A DNA stretch of 64,000 bases from contig OZ024741.1 in NCBI GenBank assembly GCA_964016885.1, forward strand, positions 322,400,001 through 322,464,000, written 5' to 3'. The DNA is from Eledone cirrhosa (Eukaryota). Both the position numbers and the translations under genes were made by a program. Shown piece after piece: positions 51,679 to 64,000 of the stretch. Position 1 is the stretch's first letter. Every line of letters starts with the position of its first letter. The notes under the pieces are model-generated. The model was given only the letters and a program-made list of their open reading frames with translations, made no database searches and was not told where the DNA came from.

Positions 51679-54600
51679 GATTTCATTTATTGGCCACAAG
51701 GGCCGACATATAGGGGACAATACAAAAGACTAGAACAGTGGGGTTTTACAGAAAAATCGAGTAAACAATATGAATAACATTAACAAAGTAACAATAACAA
51801 TATAACAATAAAGTAACAATAAAATTACAAGAAAAATTTCCCAATAAAAGGGATGACCACCTAGGGTTCGCTCAGGTACCCCACCAGTCCTGAACGACCC
51901 GACGCTTCGAGAGCACCTTGGAAGGGCACCCCTCTCCTCTTCAAATTTACCTACCTACAGCCGCATGACCAGAGTAGGCCCACTCACACGGGCCATTCTC
52001 GCGACATTCACCCACCTTTCAGCAAATGTACTGGGGGGCAGCACTTCTCTCTCCACCCTCACCCTCCTTTCCAAGTAAAACTTGAAAAAGTTGATGAGGG
52101 ATTGGCTGAAGAGAAAAGTGTCTGTCTTCAGTCCTTTCAACCTCGTCCACCATACAACCTCTTTCGCTACTGCCACCAGACAGAGGAAAATTGTCTGCCC
52201 TTCCTGGCCAAAAGAAGGCGGCGGGTCGATCTTCACTATGGACTCGGCCGATAGCCGGATCCGTTCTACACGCCACAACAGCTGTTCAACATAACTCCAC
52301 AAGTCAGTAATGCACGGACACTGGACGAGTACGTGCAGAACGGTTTCGGCGCTCTGCGCGCATCTCGGGCAGGTCCGTCTGACAGCACTTCCGTGCCTGT
52401 AGAGTTTATCTCGAACCGGCAGTGCCCCCCGGTAGCACTGCCAAGCGAGGGATTTTTTGAAATTATCCATCGTCCCCAGCTCGAAGGTCCTCCGGTACAG
52501 ACTGGTTAGTTCGACTTCGTTGACTCCCAGCGCCTCTCCGAGTGCGTCGTCGCAGTTGCCCACCACTAACCCTTTATAGAACTCGAGAGTGGAAGTTCCA
52601 CTGACCGCATTGCCCGCCTGGTAGAGGGGAGTGAGTGCCTGGCAACATTCCAGATGCCAGTCACCAAGTCTCGGTCTCTTCTTGACCCAGGACTGCAGCT
52701 CAGTAAAAGAAACGAGCTGCGGAAAGGCCCGTCTGACAAACGGCGACCACACCTGTTCACCGTTTCGGCAGAATATCTGGAGATGCCGCAGCCTCAGCGC
52801 GTGCCTGCGCATCATTAGCCACGGCATGCCCAGCCCTCCACGTAGAGGGTGTTGGCAGCAGATGGACCGCCTCACCAGCGGAACCTGACCCCTCCACAAG
52901 AATTTGAAGAGGAGCCGCTCCAAGATGGCGAGGCGCGAACGGGGGCAAGGGACGACAGTCAGACGGTAGTAGATGACGGACGCGATGTACGCGTTCGCCA
53001 CCTCCGCCCGACCTTTCAGTGAATCCCAGCCCATTTCTGGGTGAGACTGGCTACCCTGCTCGTCACCTCGTCCCAATTCTTATCCACCTGGAGGTCTGGC
53101 CCGAACCAAACCCCTAGCAACTTTACCGGTCTGTCCGTCCAGCGCCTAACGACGCTGTTGGACGGCATGGACTTGCCTCTCCAGGTGCCGAGTTGCAAGC
53201 CTACTGACTTTTCCGGGTTAAGTTTTGCTCCCGTCAACCTTTCATATTCCTCCAATAAGTTGCTGACCACCTCGATTTCTGAGGTATCCGACACCATCAC
53301 GGTGATGTCGTCCGCATAAGCCGACACAGCCTTTCCGCGTCCTGGTTCGAACGGGATGCCCTGCAACAGCTCCAGCTTCCGCAGTAAAGGCTCGAGAGTC
53401 AATACGTACAGAAGGGAGGAGAGAGGGCACCCTTGACGGACAGATCGGGTGACCTGAAACGGTTCCGAGAGGTGGCCATTAATTTTGACCATCGAGCAGG
53501 TGCCGCTGTGCATTGCAGCGATCCAGCTTCTGAATACGGGGCCGAAGCCAGCCGCCTTGAGGACAGCCTCCAGGTACCGATGGTCGATCCTATCGAATGC
53601 TTTCGATTGATCTAAATTGATCAGAGCCCCACCGAAGCCAGGTTTACACCCTACCCTCTCAATGATGTATCGCATTATGTGGAGGTTGTCGTGTATGGAC
53701 CTGGTTGGGATTGCGCAAGTTTGTGCCTCCCCAATCAAATCCCCGACGACAAGCGCCACCCTCTTCGCTAACACCCTGGCCAAAATCTTAAACTCTATGT
53801 TGAGCAGAGTTATGGGCCTGAAATTGTCTAATGTGTCCCTGTTGTTCTCGTCTTTCCTTATCAGCGTCACTACGACCCGGCTCACAGAACTGGGAATACT
53901 CCCGTTTTGCTGCCAGTTGCAGTAGAGGGCTTCGAGGAGATTGGAGAACAAGTCTGGCATATTTACGTAAAGCTCGTAGGGCAGACCATCCAAACCGGGT
54001 GACTTACGCCTCATGCAGACGACAAGGGCATCCTGAATCTCGGCTGAAGTAATTGGCCTTTCGCAGCGCTCAGCGTCAGCCGTCGAGAGTTGTGGCAAGC
54101 CATCAAGGTAGGGACTGAAGTCCGCCACCATCTCTGACCCGCCATTTCCCCCGAACAACCGAGCAAAATGTTGGCGAAAGGCCTCACACATCCTCTCGGA
54201 ATCGCTCAGCTCGTGCCCGTCTCGGTCCGTCAAAGACTGAATCGTGGTTTTATTACCACGCTGCGCCTCTGTCACGCGGGCCCATCGAACAGATAAGGTT
54301 CCCTCGTTTCTCAGAGCACGCGCCTTAGCTCTGACAATGCAACCTTCGTGTTTCGCATTGAAGAAATGGTCTAATGCCATTCTCGCCGCTAGCACATCAG
54401 TTGCAATGCCACTACCAATAGCCTCGTCTAACTTATCTACCAACTCCCCCTCCTTTCTATTTTTCTCTAACGCTATTTCTTTGCTAAACTCCATCGACAT
54501 TACTCTAATCTCTCTTTTGAGAGCCGCCCACCATCTATTGTTGACGACTCCCCCTGTCAACTTTTTCTTAACTAAATTGTTGACCTGGTCGCTGTAAGCC

Positions 54601-57352
54601 TTATGTGCCGGAAATGATATGTTTAGCTTCAGTAACCAGGTCCTAACCTACGCGTCTTATCTAGGTCGACCATACAGATCACAAACTTGTGATCTGAATA
54701 GGCGACCGTTCCAAAACGTGGACAGCTTACACTATTTCTGTCTATTTTCCTAATGAATATCCTGTCTATATACGATCTAGATGACCCTATGCGGTTAGCC
54801 CAGGTCCACACTGGCGCATTAGGGAAATCTAGTCGGTACCTGTCAGACAGTTGGAACTGGCTGATCAGGTTCTTGAGGCTTTTGCACCCCCCGCTCCTAT
54901 CGGATACTCCCACACAGTCCCAGCATGCGTCTAAGATGCCGTTCCAGTCCCTCGCTAACAGTAAAGGGCGAGGCGTGCCCAGAAAGGCTTCCAGGCGTCT
55001 AAAGAAGTCCGGCAGTCCTGCCCCAGTAGGAGCATAGACGGCCACTAGTCTAAAGGCACCACCTTCGTTATTTTCACGTCCAGGACCGCCAACTTCCCGT
55101 CCGGGTCCCGGAAGATCGACCCTACCTCGAGATCCAGGCCTTTCCTAAACAGCACTGCCACCCCGCCTCCCATTCCCGGCCGGCTAACAGATGCAAAGAT
55201 CTGATAGTCGTCGAAAATGAGGGCTAGTGCGCGCGTGTCGGAAATCCTGGTCTCACTGACGGCAATTACATCCATTTCTATAGACTTGATGTCGTTGAGC
55301 AGGTGACCTTGCTTCCAGGACGATCCCAGGCCTCGAACATTTAAACATCCTACTCTTAATACGGCCATGTTGGCAGGTTAAAAAGAGAGAGAGAGGAAGG
55401 TTTACTTACCTTCCGGGCTCTTGTGAACGTCGGGTTGTTCGACCTCTATAGTTGGTGGGGTTTCTTTTGGGAACCCCTTTAAAAGTCTTGAAGTGGGTTT
55501 TACGTTCGGGGTTCCCACGTCCCGAGGAAAGCTGTCTCGTATTTCTTTGAATATATCGAGCGACATTCGCACCAGAACCAAATCTTCCGGCACGCGAAAT
55601 GTGCTCGATTAAAAAATTTCCCCCTCTTTTTGTATATTTTCACTTCGTGCTACGAGGGCCATCAGTTCCTTGTTGGCCCTCCTGACGAGCACGAAGTTTT
55701 ATATGTTTTGTTGGTGTGATTTTATTTGTTTGCGTGGCTGTGGTGGTGATGGTTTTGGTGGTGTTGTTTCGGTTGTATCTGTGTTTGTTGTGAGTGCGGT
55801 GTCTGTGGTTTCAGATGTTTGTGTGTATATTTGTTCTTGCGTCTGTTTAGATTGTTTGCGTTTGGGGGATTCTGGTGATGGTGATGGTGGTGTTGATATT
55901 GGAGAGATGTTTGCGTGGGTGGTGTCTGCGTTTTTTATTGTGGGTGATTTTGTGCTTTGTTGAGTTTTTTCTTTCTTTTTGTGTTTCCTTTTTTGTATTT
56001 TGGGGGATTTTGGTTTTCCCTCAACTTCACTACTGGTAGATGAGAGGTCTGTGTCTGTAAGTGTGTCTGTATGTATGTTTATGGTTTTATTGGTGTGTGT
56101 ATTTTGGGGGGAGGTGGAATTTGACAGCTTTCCTCGTTTCCCCCCCTGGGTGGCCAATGTTGGTGGTGGTCTTTCTATTGGTGTTGTTTGTGGTTTTTTC
56201 CGGTGCTGGTGTTGGTTGTGGTCCTCGCCCCGGCGTCGGCAGCAGTGGAGCCTTTCGACCCCTTGCCTCTTTCAGCAGTTGAGGGCAGAAGGCTCGCAAA
56301 TGGGTTTTTCCCCACAAACAAAACACTGCGGCCTTTTGCCTTCGGTCATAATGTGAATGACCGTCCCATTCTGAAGGCGGATGTGGTCCGGGTTGTCTTC
56401 ACGTTCTCGGGCCTGATCTGGAGAAGGATCTCCAGGTCAACCCCGGACCAGTCCTCTCTGGCCGTTCTGGTCACTTCTATAGGGACGGTATCCGTCCCCT
56501 CCACAATCACACATCCCAGAAGCCACCACATGTCAAGTCCTGGTGGGATTCTGGGAATGCGGAGATGGGCCGTTCTTTTTCCCATGTGGGAGGGGTACAT
56601 TATGACCTTGCTGGTTTTGCAAGGAGTCATAGCGTGTTTCATAGCGAGGGCTTCTGACTTGAACAACACCGAAATGGTGCCGTACTGTCTGCCCTCTCTA
56701 TGTATTCGGTGTCTTCTCTGATGCACCTCAGCGCGACTTCAACATCTTCTTGTGGGATTAAAGCTGCCCTTTTGGTTTGTGCTGAGATGCATCTATAATG
56801 CACCGTTCTGCGCTCCACTGCCTCAATAGCTTCTACCGGGACAGTTAAGTTGGCCCAGGTTTGCTCTTGCTTGATGAGCTTCCATGCCTGGGCCAACTTT
56901 TCATCTTTGTTTGAGAGGTCTATGTTGAAGCGTGGCCTCTTTTTTGCTGCTGCCGCAGCGAAAGTGTTCTTCTTGTTTTCGTTGAGGGTGTTGTGGTCGT
57001 TGTCGTTGTTCTTGTTGGTGTTGTTGTTAGCACTGTCGCTGTTATCATTGTTGTCTTTGTTGCCACCGTTGTTCTCGGTGCAACTGGTATTGTTGCTGTT
57101 GGTGTTGTCGCTATTTGTTTTCATGTTAGTGGTGTTGATATTATTGTTGTATTTGTAATTTTTTTTTTGTTATCTGTATTTTCGTTGTCGCTGTTACTGT
57201 CATTTTCTTTTAAATTAGAGTTCTCATTGGTATCATTGGTGTCTTTGTTTACATTGTTTGTGGTGGTGTTTGTGTTATCAATTTGTGTTAATTTCGCTGT
57301 AGCGCTCCTCTCAACTTCCACGTCGTTGTCGCACGACAGCAGACATATCGCT

Positions 57353-57383
<31 letters not shown>

Positions 57384-57595
57384 CAGCCATGTGCTTTTTT
57401 CTCCGTAAATGTTTTAGCATGTAAAAAAAATTCAAATATTTGGGCCAAAAGGCCCAAATATTATACTTTCCCCTTCACAGGGCAAAGTCTAAGGGCTTAT
57501 ATCCCTTACACAACAAGAAATATTTAACAACAAATAATTTTAACAGGTAAATAAAGCGACTTACTGGGAGCGAGCAAAATATGTCCGCTTAGACC
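51679..57595 (-). mobile_element. Full-length but frameshifted Tx1/L1-type LINE, subfamily A (copy 6)
   Basis: ORF1 fragments 55402-57390; ORF2 fragments 55045-55368, 54629-55045, 53016-54560, 51955-53076. (AAT)n at 51658-51678 and 57596-57610. Confidence 0.94.
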
Positions 57596-57615
57596 AATAA
57601 TAATAATAATACCAT

Positions 57616-57676
<61 letters not shown>

Positions 57677-58247
57677 TGAACGTACATACACACTCTACTA
57701 TATATGAATGTATATCTAAATGTATATATGGAAGCTTGTATTTGTTATTCGTTGCATTCTGGAAAGCTGGAAAACAAATATTTAACTACCTCCTATATTT
57801 GAATAAGAGTATACTTATATAGATTGCATCTTTTGTTTTGTATTTTCTACATTTTTACACCTAACCTTTTCCCTGCGTTGAATATCGACCCTTTCTGTTA
57901 CTATGCATATCCTTTTGTGTTCATTTAAAAAAAAATTCCCTAACAGAGAAAGAACCGGTCTCTAGCCTAGAAACAAGTCTTTTCAGTGGAATTTTCGAGA
58001 ACATCAGGGTGGTAGCAGTGAATATATGCTATCTTTCTTGTTTAATCATTTGAAATATTTCCACGAAGAGAGAGTCTTGTTTCTATCACAGGAACAAAGC
58101 TCTATCGTTGGAATTTCGATAACAAAAATAAACAATAAGAGTTACATGTTGAACTTTAGAAAAGTCCTGTATATTTTTTCTTACAATTCTTCTTAAAGAT
58201 TGTATTTGAAAAATACACCTTACATAATCGCTTTTATGTCATGTGTG

Positions 58248-58279
<32 letters not shown>

Positions 58280-58405
58280 TGTATGTATGTATGTATGTAT
58301 GTATGCATGTATGTATGTATGTATTATGTATGTATGTATGTATGTATGTATGTATGTATGTATGTATGTATGTATGTATGTATGTATGTATGTAGGTATG
58401 TCTAT

Positions 58406-58852
58406 GTCGGGTCACTCTTGAGTGCTACTGGTAACATGTAACCCAGTACAACATGTTGTATGGTCGGGTCGTCGGCGACTAAACCGGCAGCCCCACCAAG
58501 TTTACTTGATGAGGAGGGTGATTCTGGACACCCTGCAGGACAAAAAAAGCAAAACCTGACAAAGGGCGGAAGAGTCAACGGCCATCCAAAAGTGTGTAAA
58601 TATGTATATAGACATGAACCGCGCGGTTAAACCACTGGGAGTGAAGGACCCCTAGCTTTGTCAGGGCATTCTTCTAGGAGAAGGCAACTCAGGAAACTGG
58701 GATAACTCCGATATAAAACCTGCGGCTCAGTAGTTACCGATGATGTTGATCGTTTTTTCTTTTCGGGTTATAGCTACTGTCGCTCAGAGAGTGGGATTGG
58801 CTCAGTGCACAGTCTTTCCTCACTTTAAAAAATATCTTCACGCACAGGCATC
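58406..58852 (+). mobile_element. Non-autonomous RTE-type unit, diverged short variant, flanked by (TATG)n; truncated sibling at 58912-59125
   Basis: Colinear with the first ~390 bp of 59966-60573 and ends at gcacaggcatc + (ATGT)n. Confidence 0.7.
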
Positions 58853-59534
58853 ATGTATGTATGTATGCATGCATGTATGCATGTATGCATGTATGCATGT
58901 ATGTATGTTATGTCGGGTCACTTTTGAGTGCTACTGGTAATATGTAACCCAGTACAACCTGTCGAATTTTGGGTCGTCGTGACTAAACTGGCAACCCCAG
59001 CAAGTTTACTTAGTGAGGAGGGTTATTTTGGACACCCTGCAGGACAAAAAACAAAACCTGACAAAGGGCAGAAGAACTCATAAGAGTCAACAGCCATCCA
59101 AAAATGTGTAAATATGTATATACATTTATGCATGTGTATATATGTGTATATGTATATATTTAATTAATTGTTTCTATTTTTGGCACAAGGCCATCAATTA
59201 CCCAGTGCATTACTGGTACTTTATTTTATCGACCCCGTAAGGATGAAAGGCAAAGATAACCTTGACGGGAATTGAACTCGGAATGGCAAGGGCCGTAAAT
59301 CTATACGTCAAAGCATGGCGTCTGACCATCTATAGATACTGCCAATCCACCGCCCATGTATATATTTAATTAATAATTATTAATAATGTTATATCGTGCA
59401 ATGGTCATACACGATAACAAGAGGGCAGCCATCATGTATGTATGTATGTATGTATGTATGTATGTATGTATGTATGTATGTATGTATGTATGTATGTATG
59501 TATGTATGCATGTATGTATGTATGCATGTATGTA

Positions 59535-59850
59535 TTTATGTTTTCTCTTTCTCTTAATTTCGAGTATATTTTTTTGACCGGCCACCTTACTGGTGGCAAG
59601 GTTGTAAACGAAAAGAAATTGTCATCCCTTGAATCGCAAGAATGTTTTGCAAATTTTGAAGGTGCCAGCTATCGCAGCCATTTGTAGACTATGAATTAGG
59701 GAGCTGCGCTTTTTGTCCGCAAATCCAAGTTCAGTCATACTTTGGTCCAAGCGGGTTGGTATATAACCCGTAGCACCAATAATGATGGATATGAAGCTAA
59801 AGGTGTATCTTGGATACTGGATTTGTAAACTCCTCATCAATGGTCCGTAG
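59535..59850 (-). mobile_element. 3' end of an R4/Dong-like (RLE) non-LTR element abutting (CATA)n
   Basis: LMRSLQIQYPRYTFSFISIIIGATGYIP...LQMAAIAGTFKICKTFL, homologous to the C-terminus at 61810-61930. Confidence 0.75.
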
Positions 59851-59965
59851 ATGTCCGTAGAGGGCAGCCATCGTGTATGTATGCATGTATGTATGTATGT
59901 ATGTATGTATGTATGTATGTATGTATGTATGTATGTATGTATGTATGTATGTATGTATGCATTAT

Positions 59966-60573
59966 GTCAGGTCACCAGTTGGTGCTACTGGTAACATGTA
60001 TCCCAGTACAACCTGTCTCATGGTCGGGTCGTTGGCGACTAAACTGGCAACCCCACCAAGGTTTCTTGGTGAGGAGGGTGACTTTGGACATCCTGCAGGA
60101 CTAAAAACAAAACCTGTCAAAGGGCAAGGGAGCTCTTAAGACTCAATAGCCATCCAAAATCACCGGGAGAGATGACCCCTTAGCCTTTGTCAAGGCAGAA
60201 TTCTAGGAGAAGGAAAACTCTGATATAACACCTGCAACCCTGATGGTATCCAATGATGTTGACTTGTTCTTCTTTTTGGTAAATATCATCTTGGTTAAGA
60301 GAGTGGGACTGGCTTTGTGCAGTGCCTTTGCTCACTATAAAAGCTTCACAGCACAGGCATTGCTTTATATCTGGAGATCTCTCTGCACTTGTCATCACAT
60401 GGTATCATGGGCCCTGCACTATGTGTCAATAATGGTCACAAGTGTAGTCTTTGTGCCAGAGTTTTCAAGTCGCTGGCTGGACTAAAAAGTCACATTCGTT
60501 CAGCGCATCGGTAGGGGTTCTCCTACATGGATATAAAGTAGTGGCCGTACTCGAAAACGAGTTGGCAGCCACC
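59966..60573 (+). mobile_element. Bipartite non-autonomous RTE-type element (~610 bp), copy A1
   Basis: RTE-like 5' UTR motif ctaggagaaggaaaactctga, zinc-finger-derived 3' part (FKSLAGLKSH), 3' hairpin actcg-aaaa-cgagt, (TATG)n on both sides. Confidence 0.75.
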
Positions 60574-60664
60574 ATGCATGTATGTATGTATGTATGTATG
60601 CATATATGTATGCATGTATGTATGTATGTATGTATGTATGTATGTATGTATGTATGTATGTTAT

Positions 60665-61271
60665 GTCAGGTCACCAGTTGGTGCTACTGGTAACATGTAT
60701 CCCAGTACAAACTGTCTCATGGTCGGGTCGTTGGCGACTAAACTGGCAACCCGACCAAGGTTTCTTGGTGAGGAGGGTGACTTTGGACATCCTGCAGGAC
60801 TAAAAACAAAACCTGTCAAAGGGCAAAGGAGCTCTTAAGAGTCAATGGCCATCCAAAATCACCAGGAGAGATGACCTCTTAGCCTTTGTCAAGGCAGAAT
60901 TCTAGGAGAAGGAAAACTCTGATATAACACCTGCAACCCTGATGGTATCCAATGATGTTGACTTGTTCTTCTTTTTGGTAAATATCATCTTGGTTAAGAG
61001 AGTGGGACTGGCTTTGTGCAGTGTCTTTGCTCACTATAAAAGCTTCACGGCACAAGCATTGCTTTATATCTGGAGATCTCTCTGCACTAGTCGTCACATG
61101 GTACCATGGTCCCATACTATGTGTCAATAATTGTCACAGGTGTAGTGTTTGTACCAAAGTTTTCAAGTCGCTGGCTGGACTAAAAAGTCACACACGTTCA
61201 GCGCATCGGTAGGGTTTCTCCTACATGGATATAAAGTAGTGGCCGTACTCGAAAACGAGTTGGCAGCCACC
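60665..61271 (+). mobile_element. Bipartite non-autonomous RTE-type element, copy A2
   Basis: Near-identical to A1; encodes remnant CSVCTKVFKSLAGLKSHTRSAHR*. Confidence 0.75.
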
Positions 61272-61809
61272 ATGTATGTATGTATATTCTGGTTTTATTG
61301 TTTCATAAATTTTCACCAATAGAAAGAGAGTTGGATTCTAAAATAGAAACAAAACTCTTTCATTGGAATTTAGACATCATAAACAATGTAAACACGTATG
61401 TATCTCTGCTTGTGTGTGTATGTGTGTATGTGCAGGTATGGGTATTATTGTGTGTGTGTTTTGAGTTATATGTGTACAATTGTATATGTTTCTGTATCAC
61501 ACATGGGTATATGCAGTTATAACATACTGGATTTCTGAAATATTTTACATATTTGTACATTCCATTGACAGACTATACTTGAAACTTTCTAACTAGTCGT
61601 TTATATATGTATGTTCTTCTGCTTTTATAATTTCACAAATGTTTGCCAATAGAGAGAGAGAGTCGGTTTTACACATCAACTAGATAGATATATCTGCATG
61701 TCTGCATGCATGTATGTGCAGGTATGGATGTTATTGTATGTTTTGAGTTGTATGTGTGCATGAGAATATGCTTTGTATCTGTACAAGTGTACTTTCTGTT
61801 CCTGTGAAA

Positions 61810-62659
61810 CCCAGCTTCTCAAGATTTGTATTGAGGCAGTTACTAACATATCCCAGTGTCCCAATAATCACAGGCATAAATCTGAAGGCATAATCAGGGT
61901 GGAGTATCTGCACATTTCTCATTAGTTCTGCATAACTATTCTCCTTTTCGCTAATCTTTGATATAATATTGGCATCTGCTGGGCAGCTAACTCCCACTAC
62001 TGTACATGCCTTCTTTTCCCTGTCCCATATCATTATATCTGGTCTGTTATGCCTGCATTTTATTGGGGATTTTACTGGAACATCCCACCAGTACTCTTTC
62101 ATATTATGTATATGTATGTCTTCCACATTACTGTAGCTTTTAATGTGTTTATTATCGGGGCTATCTTTTCTACGGATTGCATTGTACAGTGTTTTGGCCA
62201 CTACATTATGCCTCATAGGTAGATAGTACCACGATGACATCTATAGACAGCTGCTTATGATATAGGTGACATCTTCGTTGTTAATTTTGCAGAGTCTGCA
62301 CTTGTTGTCACATCTAGGTGTTTTGCCTGCATCCCTATCTCTATTGTGAATCAGGTATTTCGTGTTAATTTCCTGTTCTTGGATTGCAAAAGCGTATCCT
62401 TCAAAGTGGGAGCCAATATTGCGGCTCTTGGTCCAAGATAGATTACTTTCTTTATCTATATTACTCTCACTCTGGAGCTTCCTGGCAACATATCCATGCA
62501 TGCTTTTTTGCTAAGCATGCAGTTTTTCATCCATGGATTCACTGCGATACTGCTGATCGACTTCCCTGGGTGTGAGTTTTTGATTATTACACAGGGAATA
62601 TCTTTCAAGGAGTTCCTTCCCAACTCTCATGATCTTATCTGTTTCATGCAGATAGACTT
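61810..62659 (-). mobile_element. R4/Dong-like non-LTR element fragment (CCHC + restriction-like endonuclease)
   Basis: EGYAFAIQEQEINTK, CRLCKINNEDVTYIISSC, RHNVVA, WWDVPV, HNRPDIMIWD, VSCP; 5' truncation abuts (CATA)n. Confidence 0.85.
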
Positions 62660-62745
62660 GTATGTATGTATGTACGTATGTATGTATGTATGTATGTATG
62701 TATGTATGTATGTATGTATGTATGTATGTATGTATGTATGTATGT

Positions 62746-63352
62746 AGGTCACCAGTTGGTGCTACTGATAACATGTATCCCAGTACAACATGTCTCATGG
62801 TCGGGTCGTTGGCGACTAAACTGGCAACCCCACCAAGGTTTCTTGGTGAGGAGGGTGACTTTGGACATCCTGCAGGACTAAAAACAAAACCTGTCAAAGG
62901 GCAAAGGAGCTGTTAAAAGTCAATGGCCATCCAAAATCACCGGGAGAGATGACCCCTTAGCCTTTGTCAAGGCAGAATTCTAGGAGAAGGAAAATTCTGA
63001 TATAACACCTGCAACCCTGATGGTATCCAATGATGTTGACTTGTTCTTCTTTTTGGTAAATGTCATCTTGGTTAAGAGAGTGGGACTGGCTTTGTGCAGT
63101 GCCTTTGCTCACTATAAAAGCTTCACGGCACAGGCATTGCTTTATATCTGGAGATCTCTCTGCACTTGTCGTTACATGGTACCATGGGCCCAGCATTATA
63201 TGTCAATAATTGTCACAAGTGTAGTGTTTGTACCAGAGCTTTCAAGTCGCTGGCTGGACTAAAACGTCACACTCGTTCAGCGCATCGGTACGGGTTCTCT
63301 ACATGGATATAAAGTAGTGGCCGTACTCGAAAACGAGTTGGCAGCCACCACC
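62746..63352 (+). mobile_element. Bipartite non-autonomous RTE-type element, copy A3
   Basis: Near-identical to A1 and A2, flanked by (TATG)n. Confidence 0.75.
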
Positions 63353-63416
63353 ATGTATGTATGTATGTATGTATGTATGTATGTATGTATGTATGTATGT
63401 ATGTATGTATGTATGT

Positions 63417-63818
63417 GTCATCTCGAATCGCATACGAGAAAGTAAAGTGGGATGTGAGGAAGAGCATTGCTGTTGCACTTCCAGACGGCGAGGGTCCTCC
63501 TATGGTGCTGACATGCAGCGTCTGTGCGAGACTCTGCCTAAGCAAAGCTGGACTCGAAAGTCATCTTCGCAGTCATAAAGTAAGACCAGTGGTTGACTAC
63601 CAGGCTGCTGTTGGAGATGCTACTCATCATACTTGCCAAGCATGTGGTAGAGAATGTAAATCAGCAGGAGGGCTCAAACGACATGCAAAAGTACATGAAC
63701 TCCAACCTCAGCAGGCTATTCCCATTGAATATTTTGGTTGCCGACTCTGTGCAAGACATTTTAGATCTTTGGCTGGGCTAAAAAGCCACATTCGATCGCA
63801 GCGCTGTTAGTTGCTATC
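63417..63818 (+). mobile_element. 3' coding end of an RTE-like LINE with three tandem C2H2-type zinc fingers
   Basis: CSVCARLCLSKAGLESHLRSH, CQACGRECKSAGGLKRHAKVH, CRLCARHFRSLAGLKSHIRS; begins at (TATG)n; last finger resembles the 3' part of the 610-bp units. Confidence 0.65.
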
Positions 63819-63852
<34 letters not shown>

Positions 63853-64000
63853 GTTTATGTGTGTGCGTGTGTGTGTATATATATATATATATGTATATTA
63901 TTATTGTTGTTGTCGTTATTATTATTGTTGTTATTATTATTATTGTTATTAATATATATGTATGTGTATGTTTATATATATATATGTGTATATATATATG

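Noticed and set aside
57353-57382. Long G/C homopolymers (also ~3240-3280, 8593, 11105, 13522) as programmed frameshift sites
   Set aside because: Lengths differ between sibling copies; slippage or sequencing error is more likely.
59966-63352. Repeat-spacer periodicity resembling a CRISPR-like array
   Set aside because: The long units are near-identical and the separators are microsatellites; no cas genes; eukaryotic retroposon context.
63361-63810. Host C2H2 zinc-finger gene
   Set aside because: No TGEKP linkers or clear splice acceptor, it starts in (TATG)n, and it resembles the RTE-type 3' ends nearby.

Overview
Repeat-saturated, AT-rich eukaryotic DNA with no host protein-coding gene that I can support. 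The SINE sequences and microsatellite load resemble a cephalopod (octopus-like) genome; this is an inference. The window holds: (1) six Tx1/L1-type LINEs (CCHC-knuckle ORF1; APE-RT-CCHC ORF2) in two convergent head-to-tail arrays bounded by (ATT)n, one with an intact 1139-aa ORF2; (2) Penelope-like elements (RT plus C-terminal GIY-YIG) and many non-coding derivatives in (AT)n tracts, carrying about 16 type-I hammerhead ribozyme (HHR) motifs ranging from canonical to decayed; (3) a (TATG)n region at 58.2-63.8 kb with repeated ~610-bp non-autonomous RTE-type units and antisense R4/Dong-like fragments; (4) a decayed Chapaev3-like transposon, Helitron-like pieces, tRNA-derived SINEs and a possible solo LTR. 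The strongest signals are the dense and diverse HHR set, the partition of retroelement families by microsatellite type, a reproducible asymmetric end in the inverted Penelope insertions, and a GTAAGT splice-donor motif at the ORF1 stop of two divergent LINE subfamilies. All alignments and RNA pairings were read by eye and boundaries are approximate.
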